Assembly (NCBI GenBank): GCA_030141605.1
Contig: JAQGDQ010000144.1
Span: forward strand, 248,001 to 312,000
From: Tubiluchus corallicola
Taxonomy: Eukaryota; Animalia; Priapulida
DNA: 64,000 nt
Direction: 5' to 3'
Of the stretch, positions 1 to 15,100 are shown one piece after another. The notes under the pieces were generated by a model. The model worked only from the letters and a program-made list of their open reading frames with translations. It searched no databases and was not told the DNA's origin. Made by a program: the position numbers and the translations under genes. Every line of letters starts with the position of its first letter. Positions within the stretch are counted from its first letter, which is position 1.

Positions 1-26
1 TAATTTTTTCTCATTTGAAATTCTAG

Positions 27-156
27 GATATTCATTACACCGACTCCAGCGTGAAAGAGGGATTTGAATATCAGTATAGAGTGGCAGCTATCAATGCAGC
101 TGGCCTCGGCCCTGCAAGCCATCCATCTAGGCTGGTAATTTCAAAGCCTCCATTTG
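27..156 (+). CDS. exon 1: Fn3 C-terminal half
   Basis: ttctag|GAT..TTTG|gtgagt; [26 protein letters not shown]; 130 nt. Confidence 0.9.
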
Positions 157-3100
157 GTGAGTATGTAACTGACAAGTTGAAACTATTGTAAGTTTTTTTT
201 ATTCTTTATGCACCAGGTTTGTTTCTTTGTACTTTCTGCTTTTTGCATCTTAAAATTGCTAAATTGAGAAGTTCCCCTAATTTCCACGATAGATGGCTTA
301 ACAAAAGATATTATCAATTACTCTGAATATTTTATTACATAATTTTTGATTTATGATGCAGATCCTCCTGGAGAACCCGGAATACCAAGCATTGTCAACT
401 GGGATGAGAACTTTGTCGACTTAACTTGGGATCGACCGAAGACTGATGGAGGCTCTGCTATTACAGCTTATGTTATAGAGAAGAAAGAAAAACAGGGTCT
501 GTCGTGGGTTAAATCTCAAACTGTCAGCGGTAATGAAGTTCAAGCGCATGTTACTGATGTTGAGAATGGCAAAACGTATGAGTTTCGTGTTACGGCGTGC
601 AATAAAGCTGGTCCAGGAAAGAATAGCAAGCCATCTGCAGCCATTCTTGTTAAACCTAGATATGGTAAAACATTGTTACTTACTTAAATTTAGGCGGGTA
701 CTTATTTCGTGGAAACATATAAAGCACATTTATATTTGTGTTACTTTTAATCATTTGTGAATTTATGAATAGCAATAGTTAAGTTGTGCAGGTGTACATT
801 TGCTGGCACGTTCAAACTGTAGCTATAGCACGAGAGACAGACAAAAAATTAGTAAGGACTATTGTAGAACTTGAATATGATGACTTCTTTTAGAGAACTG
901 AAAAAATGTGCATAAGCTATGGTCTGGTATAGCAACGAATTTTTTTGGCATTAAGAATTTGTCAATTTTGTCATATACAGTGTTTTACTGGGATAGACTA
1001 AAACTCTGAATTGTTTATTTATTTAGATGTGCAAGTTTTATAAGTATTTTGAACTTAAGTAAGTTTATGAAGTTTGATGACTGTTTGTTCTTCTTACTTA
1101 ACAGTTGCTCCTAGAATAACAAAGAGAGCCATGGACGATGCACGGCTGAAAGTTGGGCAGACGTTAGAGTTTGACGTACCAATCTTTGGTGAACCGGCAC
1201 CAACAGTCGAATGGCTCCTGAACGGGGAAAAGATTCTGCCTTCTAAAAACATCAGCATTAAAAACACTGAATCGTTGACAAATATTGTTATTCGTAGTGT
1301 TGAACTGAGTGATGCGGGTACTTATACGCTGAGTATAAGGAATGACTCAGGGACAGACTCGCATACGGCTGATGTCACAGTAGTAGGTAAGCTTCCTGAA
1401 GGGCAGTTTCTAACTTAGTGTGAGCTGGACCTGTTCTTTGAATACTTCACACCGCTTGGTTGAATTGCGATCTTTACTAATTTTGGTATCATCTGTCTTT
1501 GTTATTTAAGCTTGTTTGAGAAATTTTGTATTGTTATAACTTTTCTCTTCAAAATAGATGCTGACTATTAGATAAAACTTTTCTCTTCGTTTTAATCTAA
1601 GCATCGGTAGGCATTTTTTGCAAACAGAAAAATTAGTAAGACTTCATTACAATGGAGGTGTTAGTCTATAGAAGTGATACAAAAAAAATGAATAGGCTAC
1701 ATTTTGTATAAAATTTTTTATTATGTAAGGGATTTAAATTTCTAATTTAGTTCTGTTAATGCAATTACGGTGCCTTTGGTTTGATTGCTTAGTGTGGGTC
1801 ATAGATAACCAGGCAGAATACTGTTTTTATATGCATGTCGTATGAATTGCAGACAAACCATCACCGCCCCGTGGTCCTCTCCATGTAAGTGATGTCGCCG
1901 CTGATTCTTGCATGCTGCGTTGGTTGCATCCAGAGAGCGATGGAGAGTCGAAGATCACAGTGTACATTATAGAGCAGAAAGATTTATCTCGTGGTGATTG
2001 GACCCAATGTGATCAAACTGCAGAGCTGACGCTACATGTATCCAAATTGCAGAACAAGCATCAATACCTGTTCCGAGTGAAAGCTGTCAATAAGATAGGC
2101 CAATCAGAGCCGCTGACACTTAAGGATGCAGTCTTGATTAAGAATCCCTATGGTAAATTTATCAATGTTTCAAGATTTTTTTTTGTATTATGCCTGTTTT
2201 TTCAAGTAATGTATTTATACAGGTAGTCATTGACTTATGGCGTATGCAACTTATGATTGCTCATCTAAGTTACAAGCTAATCACAGCTTAAGTAATTAAA
2301 TTGCATTTCTTTCTATTTTTTAGGCTGATTCATTTTCTTTATCTTTTTCGATAAATACATCTGTAGGCACCATCGTCTTTACAGCACAGACACACGTCTT
2401 ACATGTAGGGGTGCAATGCTTGAGCATATGGGCCCGACTTGTGTCCATCTTGTCTTACAACCAATCAGCCAGAGCCAATTGGTCTTAACTTGACAACTAT
2501 CTGTAGATTCTTCTTTTTGTCATGTTTTTCAATTTAGTTTTCGTATACATTTAGGACACTAACTTCTGAAATATATTTTGTCTACCTAAAAGAGTGTTCT
2601 TATTTTAAAGAAAAAGAGAGCAAGTTGTGAAAGTGCCTTAAAATTGCTTAGAGCTTGTCAAATGTACAAAACATCTTAAGTAGACAAAAAATTAACTTCA
2701 TTTTGCTTGATTAGATGAACCTGGTAAACCAGATGTTCCCGAACTTGATGACTGGGATAAGGATCATGTGGATCTGTCCTGGAAACCTCCAGCAAAAGAT
2801 GGTGGAGCACCAATTACTGGTTATGTCATTGAAATGAAAAATAAGTTTGACATTCACTGGAGGAAAGCAGTCGAATGTCCAGCAGCTCAGCTGAAGGTCA
2901 CAGTGTCACGACTAGCTGAAAACAAAGAATATCAGTTTAGAGTTACTGCTATAAACAAAGCAGGTCTAGGAGAGGCTAGCGAGCCAACAAGATTTGTGGT
3001 AGCTAAACCAAGATATGGTATGTGGTTCTTTATTCTTTAGAAAATATACTTAGACGGCTTACTTCACAACAAAAATTTTAAATGTTAATAATACTAGCGC

Positions 3101-6100
3101 ACACAGTTATATTTCAGCCATATAAGTTCAGCATCATCATTATCATATGTCCATTATGTCTGGTACAGACAGTAGGCAGAAATCTAAAATAAAAGAAATT
3201 TGTCTTTAAGATAGATGAATAAATCAGTTGATCAGGCAGAACACTAGACACAATTATGCCTATCAGCACCACTTCTGCGACTGTTGTTGTCGAAACAGTC
3301 TTGTAACGTATTTTGTTTTATTCTTTTAGTTGCACCAAAATTAGAGAAGGGTGATTTACATGATGTACGTGTGAAAGTTGGACATCCTATCAAGCTGAAC
3401 ATTCGCATTGCTGGTGAACCTCTTCCGGAAGTTGCATGGTCCATAAACGGAAGACCACCTGCAGTTAATGCTGAAGTAGATAACACAGAGAAGACTTCGA
3501 CGTTACAGGTTCGTCAGTGCAAACGAGATGACAGCGGAGTTTATGCAGTTCAGTTGACCAACTCTTCCGGACAGGATATGGCTTCCTGTAAAGTCTCAGT
3601 TTTTGGTGAGTGAAGTTATTAAGATTTCAAGATTTCAGTAATTGCATTTTTTATTTTATCTATCAAAAGTAATGAATTTCTTATAGAGCTAATTTCTTTT
3701 ATTAACGCTTTAATGGTCTGTATGCTCATTAGCTTTTTTATTTCATTATCCTCAGGAAAAATCAAGCTTTCTCAAGGTAAAATCATTTGTAATTTACTTA
3801 ATTTACACGGACAAGGCAGAGCCTGAATGCATCTTCTCATTTTTTAGACAAGCCAGGGATGCCAAGAGGTCCACTTCACGTGTCGGATATCACAAGCCAT
3901 AGTTCTGTTTTGACCTGGAAGAAACCAGAAGACGACGGTGGCGCTCCCATTACTCACTATTATGTAGAAAAGATGAATATAAGTAGGGGTACCTGGAGTG
4001 AAGCTGGTACCACACCCGATACAAGCTACATGGTGCAGAAGCTTGATGCATTGAAGGAATATCATTTTAGAGTGAGTGCGGTGAACTCGGAAGGAGAGTC
4101 AGAGTTTTTACAGACAGATGTGCCCATACTCGCTAAAAATCCATATGGTAAGTGTTTTTATGGATGATTTTGATTCAAAGAAATGTCTGATTAAAAGTAT
4201 CACGATAAAGAAGTGACAATATTATTTGTTACTATTACAAATTATGAGTGCAATAGCATATATCTGAGCTGTAATACCTGGCACTTACCATCTTTGTTTA
4301 TGTTCAAGATTTTTTGGAAGATTAATTTCATAGTCAGATCTTGTGTGAAACAGTTTGCTGATGCAGAATTGCATGCAAACTGCAAAACGAAAGCTGTGTA
4401 ATAATGACTAAGATTTTGTTGGCTGTGTTAATATCATTATTGCTTTACCAGCTGTTATTCATATTTTGCCATTGTAATTTCTTTACTTGATGGGTAATGT
4501 TACACATTTTCACGTGCTCATTGTATTTTCGAAACAGTTGTCAAGGCGTTGCTGTTGTAGTTTGCCTATTGTACAATGATTTATTTATTATTTATCAAAC
4601 TAACATCTTTCGTGTTTCACAGATGAACCCGATGCACCAGGTCAACCTGAACCTGAAGACTGGGATAAGAGCCATGTTGAGCTTTCCTGGAGTAAACCTC
4701 CATCAGATGGTGGTGCACCCATCACTAGCTACATTGTCGAGAAGAAGGATAAATTTGCTCATAACTTTAGCGTCGCAGGCGAAACGTTTGAGGATAAAAC
4801 TCATTTCATTGTCAGAAATCTCACAGAGGGAAATGTTTACGAGTTCCGTGTGATTGCTGTGAATAAAGCTGGTTCAAGTCAACCCAGCGAGCCATCCAGA
4901 CCAGTAACTGCTAAACCTCGATTCCGTATGTTTATTTGTTCACATTATTATTTTCTTTTTCCTTTACAAAAATTTCAGTAGTTTAATTTCATAAATTCTT
5001 CAACAGCTGGTGTTTAACAATTTCAAAACTTGGTATATTATTATTTTGTAGTTGTAGAAAAATAAGTACCAAAAAAGTACCTAAATTTTTTGCTTTTCTA
5101 TAACTATAATGTCAAAAATGACTTATGTCTGAAGATCCTTTGTTTAGCTGTTAGCAATATCTTGTCTTATCATCACCATTAGTACTATTCCTATCACTGG
5201 CTTCTCAGTCAATATATAAACAATCAGCATATTAATTTTTACTACAATCTTTCTGTTTTTTAATACAGTTATTCCAAAGATAGATCGCAGTGGACTTCAT
5301 GACGTCAAGTGCAAGGTTGGTCAACCCATCAAGTTCAATGTCAGTTTTGAAGGTGAACCGACACCCGATATTCAGTGGAGCAGAGATGGCACGCCTCTTA
5401 TGCAATCAGAGAGAGTTGTTGTGACTAACACTCGTGCTAGCAGCATGCTAGATATATTCAAGGCTGCTAGGGGCGACACTGGAGCACTCACACTTAGCTT
5501 GGCTAACTCTTCGGGTCGTGATACTGCTAGTGCATCCATTATTGTAACCGATGTTCCAATGGCACCTCGAGGACCGCTGATGGCATCAGATGTTACAAAA
5601 GAAAGTTGCACCCTTAACTGGAAACCACCAGAAGACGATGGAGGTAGTGAAATATTGTAAGTAAACATAGTAAATATAGGTCAAACTGGCATTGCAGAAA
5701 AATAATTGGTACTTATTTCATTTGTTTTTTGAATAAAATATTTTGATGTTATTATTGCTTGAAAGTACTAGGTAACTTTAAACTTATCACATATATATTG
5801 TATTCGCTTTTTAATTGTGTTTTATGGCTCGCACTTGTTTCTATACAACTGGATGTCATTGCAATTAGTTCTGTTTATGTAATAATGGTTGTGATGCAGT
5901 GGCTTCTTGCCTCATCAATGCAGTTTACACCTTTTTTGAACATCTGTGGCAAGATGCGATTAAGCATCTTGTATTATTCTAAGACTTTAATGTGAAGCAA
6001 ACACTACACAGTTATATAATATCTACTTTTATTTATATTACATTGCTCAAGTATATATTAGAATTTATCACAAATGTGTATGTTGTAACATCTGGAATTT

Positions 6101-9100
6101 TTTTTATTTTTCTTCAATTCTAATAATCATCCAATATTTAATATGCAATATTAACATTGAAAGCTAATTTGTAACCTATCTTGTCTTCTGCACAAGTATA
6201 GGAAGTGAATCTAAACGAATTTTCTTTAACTTTTAAGGTCTTACGCAGTCGAAAGAAGACAGAGTGGTAAGGATGTATGGGTAAAGTTATCAAATTTTGT
6301 GCAAGGGACAACGTTTACTGTGTCAAAACTGACTGAAAAATGCAGCTACGATTTCCGTGTTTCGGCCGAGAACGCAAATGGAGTTTCGGAACCACTGGAA
6401 ACTAGTGAACCCATTTTAGCCAAAAATCCATATGGTATTTTTGTTACTATCTTCCAGTCTAGTTATTTTCAAATTTAAATTAGGTCTAATCTAATGTAAA
6501 AGTAGTGTCACTTTTTGATAGCATCATAGTGGGCAGCCTTAGCTTTGTGCACATTAAACTTTATTAAGCTTTTGTTTGTTATTTATAGATGAACCTAGAG
6601 CACCTGGTCGTCCAGAAATTCTGGAACAAGACAAATCATTTATTAAGATAAAGTGGACTGCGCCTACTGATGATGGCGGAGCACCTATTACTGGATATGA
6701 TATAGAAAGAAAAGAGAAGATATCAACTCGATGGGTTAAAGTTAACAGTTTCCTAGTCAAGGTTTGTTTAATTTTTTTGCTGTTTTCTCTTTCCTGTATT
6801 GTTGTGGGTAAAAACGCAACTGTGTTGCAGGTTTTACGAATATGTTCTAAAGCTCATTTTTATGTAGTGCCATTAGTCTAGAACTGTCCCATCTTGAGTG
6901 TTATCTTTTAGCATCTTTTTCTACATAACCTTCGGTTGGACTGCTATTTAATGTTAAAAAAGGTTATAAAAACAGCAAACGTGTAAATTGTTTTATACAA
7001 CCACCTGAAATTCAATCAGTGTTGTAGCTGGGGGTTTGGCTGTCCTGTGCAGTAGCCAAATGGCTGCCCTTTCCTTAAACGTAACACACTTTCAACTGCT
7101 ACAAACATATATATATGAAAGATATCTATTCAAATAAAGACTAAGGTATTTTTTCATAACAAAAACATGAAAAACACTGAACAATTAGATGTTTCTGACT
7201 TTTCGAATTGGGAAGTCCTTTATGGTTCGGTATATTCTCTTTCAGTAGAAAGAATTGCTAAATTAGCAGTTCTATGATTGCTTCTAGCTGAGCGAAGATA
7301 ATTCGTCATTAATTTCAAGTTGGAAAAACTCCGCTCTCAGCTAGGCATGTTGACAGCTTGTGAGAGATGCTGAGAGTTAGCTGTAAAGAAACATAGCTGT
7401 GCCCTCATTGTAATAACGATGTTATAATATATAATTATTGTGTTTTGAGTTTGATATGCTGGTACATGACTGCGCTAGGTATGTATATGAACGAAAAAAA
7501 TTATAAAATTTCAGGCCGGGTTTGCGATAAAAATAAATTTACCCAGGCAATTAGACAGAAACAGAAGTATTTTTATTGTCGTCCCTATTAACAGGAAATA
7601 TTGGCCACCCTGTGCGATTTGCACACTCTGTACACCCTATGCTTCTTCACTGAATTCAATATGCTCATTCTCAAACAAGTGCCTGTTTTGTTAGAATTTA
7701 TTAGAGGAAAACAGTAATTGCTTGTTCTGTAAGAGTTGTATCATTTTGTGAGATAGTATTGGTGTGTGTATTTATGTGAAGGCTTGTGTGCAGATATACA
7801 TGTGTGCATTATATATTGTAGTTTTCTTCCTACGTACTCGTGTTGTCTTTGACCTTTGTCTTCTTCTGCTAGAAGTGAACTAACTAGAACTTGATTATCT
7901 GGCTGCATCCTGTTGGGATGTAAGGTAGGTAGGGTATGGTAGGCAGATGAACTTTTCCCTGTTGACTCCCTCTTATGTGTTGTTTTTACTGTTCTTGCCG
8001 TATCTCGTGTTGAGTAGTGCAATTATTTTTATTCAAATTATTTGTATAATTCGATGTTTTTTTTATGTCAACAGCTACTCATTTTTCAGCGCATAAAAGA
8101 AATTATCACTGCTGATGCAATCTTTGCTTTCATTGTATAAATTATTTATAGGACTTGCTGTTTGCTGATGAAACAGTTCGTGAAGGACAGGAATACGAGT
8201 ACCGTGTCATTGCACTGAATGCGGCAGGGTACAGTCCACCAAGTCATGCCTCTAAAACTGTCATTGCCAAACCACCATTTGGTATGAGAGCTTCATTCTT
8301 ATTACGTGGAATTCTATTATATTTACTGATGGTAACATGTTGATTGTCAAACCATTTATTGTGTTTCCACATTGTATTGTTTATAACATAATTCTTGAAA
8401 AACCGTTAAAACTGTACAATGACTTCTACTCTGAATGTAAGGTAAGATTTTGTTAAATGGGTCTTCATTGCATGAAATACAATGCTACTGTAATATTTAC
8501 TGCCATGTCTGCATTATATGAACTGAAGAGATTTAGAGACATGTCTATGAAGATCTCGTTAACTTTGAGGAAAAATTAAATTTATTAGCTTTGGAGATAA
8601 GCCTCGTTCTTCTGTGGCACATTGATATTACTTTTCCCATTTACTAACTTCACTGATGTAATTAAATTTGACATTTTTTGTTTAATATGACATTTAACTT
8701 TGCTGCAGATTCACCGTCTGCCCCGGGTCAACCCAGAATCGAAGATTGGGATGAAAACCACGTCGACATTACCTGGACGGCTCCTACTCACGATGGAGGA
8801 GCACCAATCACTGGTTATATTGTGGAAAAGAAGGATAAGTTCAGCGTATCTTGGAACAAAACTGCCTCTGTTCCTGCCGATCACCAGGGTTGTAGTATTA
8901 CCGACGTTGAGCAGGGCAGTGTATATGAATTCCGCGTAATTGCAGTGAATAAAGCTGGGAGCGGTGAACCTAGCAAAGCATCGGCATCCATACTTGTGAA
9001 ACCTAGATTTGGTTAGTGTTATTTTGATTTATTAATTACTCATTTAACTTTAAAATAAGTTATTGCTCCTCTGAGACTTGCCATGATCATGAAAGAACAA

Positions 9101-12100
9101 AGGGTCAGAATGTCCTTCTAAGTATGAAAAGATAATTTTTACTTTCTCCCGAAACTTTCATCCTTTGCAGACTTCGCCATCTGGAATCTTGATGTAGTTA
9201 GCTCTGAACAATCCGAAAGCATCTGGAGAGAACAAAATGATTCATTTATTAAACTGTTGTTTGGTGCTGACATAATCATGACAGTTTTTCATGTTCTTGT
9301 TCGCTCACGTGACAATCAAGACGCTTTTTGTTCTGAGTTACTATGCGTTATTATAATCGAATTGAACTTGTGCTATTAGTTGGTTAATTGAATGCTGTAT
9401 GCGTTGAAAATTTTGTAAAATGCTCACTAATAATAATTACATTGCATCGCGCCAACCTGTTTTCTTTATGATAATATTGTATGTGTAGTTATTGTAATAG
9501 TGACTCGTCAGCCTAAATGGCCTGGTTTTCAAAATTTTAAGTTATTACTGATGTGAATGAAAATGTGTCGCTAAAATAAACAATCACTACTATGTCTACT
9601 ACTACTAGTACATTACTACTACACCATTACTACATTATAATATTTAACTGAGCTTTTAAGTGAACATGTGTTACCCACATTAGAAGCAAGACTTTAGCTA
9701 AACAATAATCTTCATTAAACATTGCTGCTGACCAATTTTAATTTGTAAAGTGTTTTAGCATATAAAGTTTGGTACTTGTGCACAGTCTTACATGTTTATC
9801 ATGGCAGCAACATTCTGCAATTAATAAGTGTTGGTATTTTTGGGTTACAGTTGCACCCAAGATAAACAAAATGGCTATGGAAGACAAAGAGTTAAAAGTC
9901 GGACAGAGTTTGGAATTTGACGTTTCTTTCATTGGAGAGCCAGTTCCAGATGTTTTCTGGATGCTGAATGGAGAAAAGATAACCCATATTGGTAATTAAT
10001 ATGATGTATTTGACTGCATATAATTATCAAATAGAATAATGTTTTGTGTGAGAGTTTTCAGGATTATAAATTGTAATTGTAATATTTATTTCCAATAAGG
10101 AAATGCAGCTTCATAAATTACTGTCTAATTTATCTATTTATTTAATACTAATATATCAAACAAGATTATTCATTTTTTTCTAATAGAATGTTTTCTTTTA
10201 GCTGGTGTTGATATTAAAATCAAGGATGACAGAACTTCACTTATCATTAAACAAGTTAATAAAACCCACGAAGGAAACTATACTCTATCACTGAAGAACA
10301 GTTCTGGTACGGACGAGCATATGGCTAGTGTGATTATAAAAGGTAAGTGTGGAAAACAGAAAACGAATGTTTATTAATTTGTTATAAATATACCAGTTTT
10401 CAGCACGTGTTTATTTTATTGAATAGTTTTACAAAAAGAATGTCTAGTGAAATCATTAAGATAATTTTTTTCTCATAATTTATAGGTTACTGTTGTGAGT
10501 TACATATTAACATTATTTTAGCAATTGTAAACTAAAGTTGTTTCTTCGAATCTGTCTCAGCAAGTCAAGTTATCATTTGTCTTATACTGGTATTAGCATT
10601 TATTTACTTTTGTTATAATGTTGCAAGTTTTGTTAGAACTATCCTGAGAATAGCTCAGTATATTCAAGAGACACTAATTTTTCAGACAAACCTTCAGCTC
10701 CCCGAGGTCCTCTACAAGTCACAGATATTATGGAGAGTAGTTGTGTCCTACAGTGGAGGCCACCAGAAGACAATGGTGGTGTTCCAATAAAACATTATGT
10801 TGTGGAACAGAGAGACGTACAGAGAGGAGACTGGAGAGTAGTCATGGAGACAACAGACTTGACTGTTCCCATCAGCAAGTTGCAGGCAAAACATAGCTAT
10901 CACTTCCGTGTGCGGGCTGTGAATAAGATCGGTGCTTCAGAAGCATTACAGATGGCAGAATCTGTGCTTGCTAAAAATCCTTGGGGTAAAGAGAAACATT
11001 TTGTTACTAGTTTTATTTATAATTCTCACTCATTAACTCATTATTAAGTAGTTTAATTGGACAAATCTGAACAATGATTTTTTTGCCATTAACATGTATA
11101 ACTTAAGTTTCATTCTGGAGTTTGCTCGGTTATTTCATGACAGTCGGCTAATTTTAAATTTTTCTGAAATAGTCTTCACGTAGATTTTGCAGACTAACCT
11201 TATCCCGCAAAACACAAAATTAACCACTTTCTTTGAGCAAGTCTTGTCTACGGTCAAGCAAATAATTAAAAAATATTTGTTATTGCTTGTGCAGAGGAGC
11301 CAGATATGCCAGGAAAACCAGAAATTATTGACTGGGATAGTGATCATGTTGACATCAGCTGGACTAAACCATTCAAAGATGGTGGTGCACCCATCACGGG
11401 CTACATTGTAGAAAAGAAAGATAAATTTGGTGTTACTTTCGCAAAAGCTGCTGAGGTACCAACCAGCCAGCTGAGCGCTACAATATCTGGATTGATTGAA
11501 AATAAGGAATATGAGTTCCGTGTCAAAGCTGTGAACAAAGCAGGACCAGGGAAGCCAAGTGAGACGTCTAAATCTGTTGTAGCCAAACCACGATACGGTA
11601 AGAGCAGCCTGTTGCTGAAATTGGCTTCTTTTTTCAACACTTATTCAAATTAATAACAAGATTTGTTAATATTTAATTACGTCTGTATAAATTTAAATTG
11701 AAAATCTGTAATCAGTTTCATATAAATTATTTTTCTGATTTTGTTCACTCTAAATTTTCAGTGGCTCCCAAAATTCAAAAGGGTGAAATAAGAGATCTCC
11801 ATGTTCGTGTAAACGGAGATATAAATGTCCAAGCTCACTTCTCTGGAGATCCACCACCAGATGTAGAGTGGAGTTGCAATGGAAACGTCATCAAAATTGG
11901 CAACAAGTTTGTATTGTGGTCATTTTTGACATTTTGATGTTTATATTGTTTGTTGTTTGGTACTTGAGGTACTCGAACGGTGCTTTACAGTACTAATCAA
12001 AATTCTAGTAAATTTGCTGAGTAGATATTTTTTGAAAACATCAACAGAAATCGTAAATCACCTAGATTTTATTGTGCTTAATTCATTAAACTATATACCT

Positions 12101-15100
12101 TAATCTCGTTATTGATATGTGTTTTTTTTTGTTTTAGAACTGAAATTGATAAGACAGACACTTCTGCTTCGCTGAAAGTCAGAAGAGCTGCTCGTGACAA
12201 TTCTGGCAGATACATGCTCAAAGTCTATAATAATTCAGGAACAGATACGGTGTCATTTAATGTCACAGTAGTTGGTACGCTGGTCTGCTTTTATTATATT
12301 ATTTAAGATGTTAGTGTATGTTATACAGACAAATACAGCAGAGATATGAAGAAATACCACACAGTCATCCAGTCAGTCATCTCTAATTAGATGTTAGTAA
12401 TGTTAATATTGTGCCAGTGGCAATTAATCAAAGTTATAATTACAAAAATTCAATAAAAATGCAAGAATATCTGTATACATACTTTATCTACATGCATACT
12501 TATACATACATACAACAAGCATGAATTAGATATGAGCATGATTAGTAACAATATTGATAAATACTGCCTTAAGTAGCATAACTTAATTAATTAAACCACA
12601 CAGAGGGGCTAATGAAGTTGTTCAAGTCAACGCTGATTTTTTGTTTTCTTCAGACAAACCTAGCGCTCCCGAAGGACCACTGAAAGTTACCGACGTTACC
12701 AAAGAAAGCGTCATGTTAAGTTGGAGCAAACCCAAAGATGATGGTGGTGCTGACATCACCGCTTACATCATCGAAAGAATGGATGTGGTGCGGGGTAGCT
12801 GGATTGAAGTCGGTAGAAGCTTTACCTTGTCAACCAAAGTTTCTAAACTGGATGCAAACAAAGAGTACCACTTCAGAGTGAGAGCGGTCAATTCTGAAGG
12901 AGAATCTGAACCACTACAAACAGACAAAACAACGATAGCTAAGAATCCATTTGGTAAGTGTCATATATCATACAAGAATGCTGTAAAGTATACCTTGGTT
13001 TTTTCTGACTTACAGATATGATTTTAGAAACAATCAAATGTACAAAAAAGAAAACAACTTACTTTCAGATGAGCCTGATGCTCCACAAAATGTGCAAGTT
13101 GATGACTGGGACAAGGATTATGTTGTGCTTATATGGCAGAAACCTGTACATGATGGTGGTGCTCCAATTGAAACTTATATCATTGAGAAAAAAGACAAAT
13201 ACAGCCCTAATTGGACCAAAGCTGCTGAGATCGCTGGATCTCTGACTAAAGGCACTGTTAGAGACGTTCTTGCTAAACAAGAGTATCAGTTCCGTGTCGT
13301 GGCAGTTAACAGAGCAGGGCCAGGAGCGGCTAGTGAACCAACAAGGCCGATAGTCACTAAATCTAGACATGGTAAGTTTTTAGAACTTTGACCCTATTCA
13401 AGATGTTTGACTGGTTTTGAAAGATTGCTTGCCCTTTCCAACACTTGTTTGGCTGATTTTGAAAGATTTTTTTACGAAGTATTTACAACTTCTGTGTTTA
13501 TGTGAAATGTTTCTAGTTATTTCATTAATTTCATGTTTTCATAGTTGCACCTGAAATTGATAAGTCAGGATTACGAGCTACCAAACTTAGAGTTGGGCAG
13601 AAGTTCAGCTTTTCCGTACCATTTGTGGCCGAGCCTGAGCCAGAGGTCACTTGGCTATGTGATGGCAAACCAATTGAAAAGTCGGACAGAGTGCGAATCA
13701 AAAATACAACCGAACGTGCTGATCTAGAAACGTTGAAAGCTCGCAGAGATGACTCTGGTGCTTATACACTAGTATTGGTTAATGACTCTGGTCGAGATTC
13801 TGCTTCTGTAAACATTACTGTCACTGATCGTCCTGGTCCACCAACCGGGCCTCTTGAAGTGCTTGATGTGACGAAAGAGAGTTGCGTGTTGTCGTGGAAA
13901 CCACCAGCCGATGATGGTGGTGAACCTGTGTCGTAAGTATTGTATAATTGTTCGGTCTTCAGCATCAGAAACTGCTTATAAACTTATTTGTTTAATCTAA
14001 AAATAAGGTTTTTTCAGTTGACGTTTTAATGTTATACCCTCATAGCAATCTCATAGGTAAATTATGTAACTTAATTATTGAAAATAGCATGGAATAGGAT
14101 AGATTTCTATATTATAATATGACTTTCGGAAAGTTTATAAAAAATGTATTAGAGTAAAGTTAAGTTTATGAAAAGTTTAAATTTTAAAGCAAACGTTGTA
14201 AACTGTTTCTTTAGATTGATTATTTAGAGAGTTCTTCTTTCTGCTGAGTATCTTTTTTGTAGTTGTATAGCTGCGAATCCAAGCAGTCCTAGTAGAATAA
14301 AAGCTTTGTCAAAATACGAGTAACGTTAAATTTTTGTATCTATTTTCTTATATTGCAAGTCTTATCAGTCTGCTTTTCTAATACATTCTAAATGTGTTTT
14401 GTTTGCACTATTTCAGGGCGTACAGTGTAGAAAAACGTGACGTAAAGAAGACCACTTGGGTGGGTGTGAGTAAATCAGTGGTGGGCACATCCTACCATAT
14501 GACACGACTGAGTGAGAAAGCACAATACGAGTTCCGTGTTTTCGCTGAAAACATTAATGGTGTTAGTGAACCACTGAGCACAGCTGAAGCAGTGGTTATT
14601 AAAAATCCATTTGGTAAGTGCATTTTTAAATACATTTACTTTTAAAGTGAAAAATGTATTAGTAATTAGGCCTTCTTAATTCCTAATTATTTCGCTTGTT
14701 TCCTGAAATAAAATTTCTTTTATTGTAGATGAGCCACAGAAACCTGGGAGACCCAACATTCAAGAAATTGATAAAGATCATATGGAAATTGTTTGGACGC
14801 CACCTAAAAGCGATGGTGGCAGTGCAGTCCTACACTACGATGTGGAGAGAAAGGATCCGACCAGCACACGATGGGTTAAAGTTAATAGATATCCTTGCAA
14901 GGTAGGGTGCCAGTATTGTTTATGTAGTACTACAAATAGTCACGGGCCTATTTACTAATGTTACTAATGTAGTGTTTGAGGGCACCAGGTTTTAGGGGTC
15001 CTGTGTTAAAAGATTCTTTTTCTTCTTGAAAAATGTCTATCCTTTCATACTCAAAAGAAATGCATATTTTATAACACACCACAAGCAGTTATTAAAAGCG

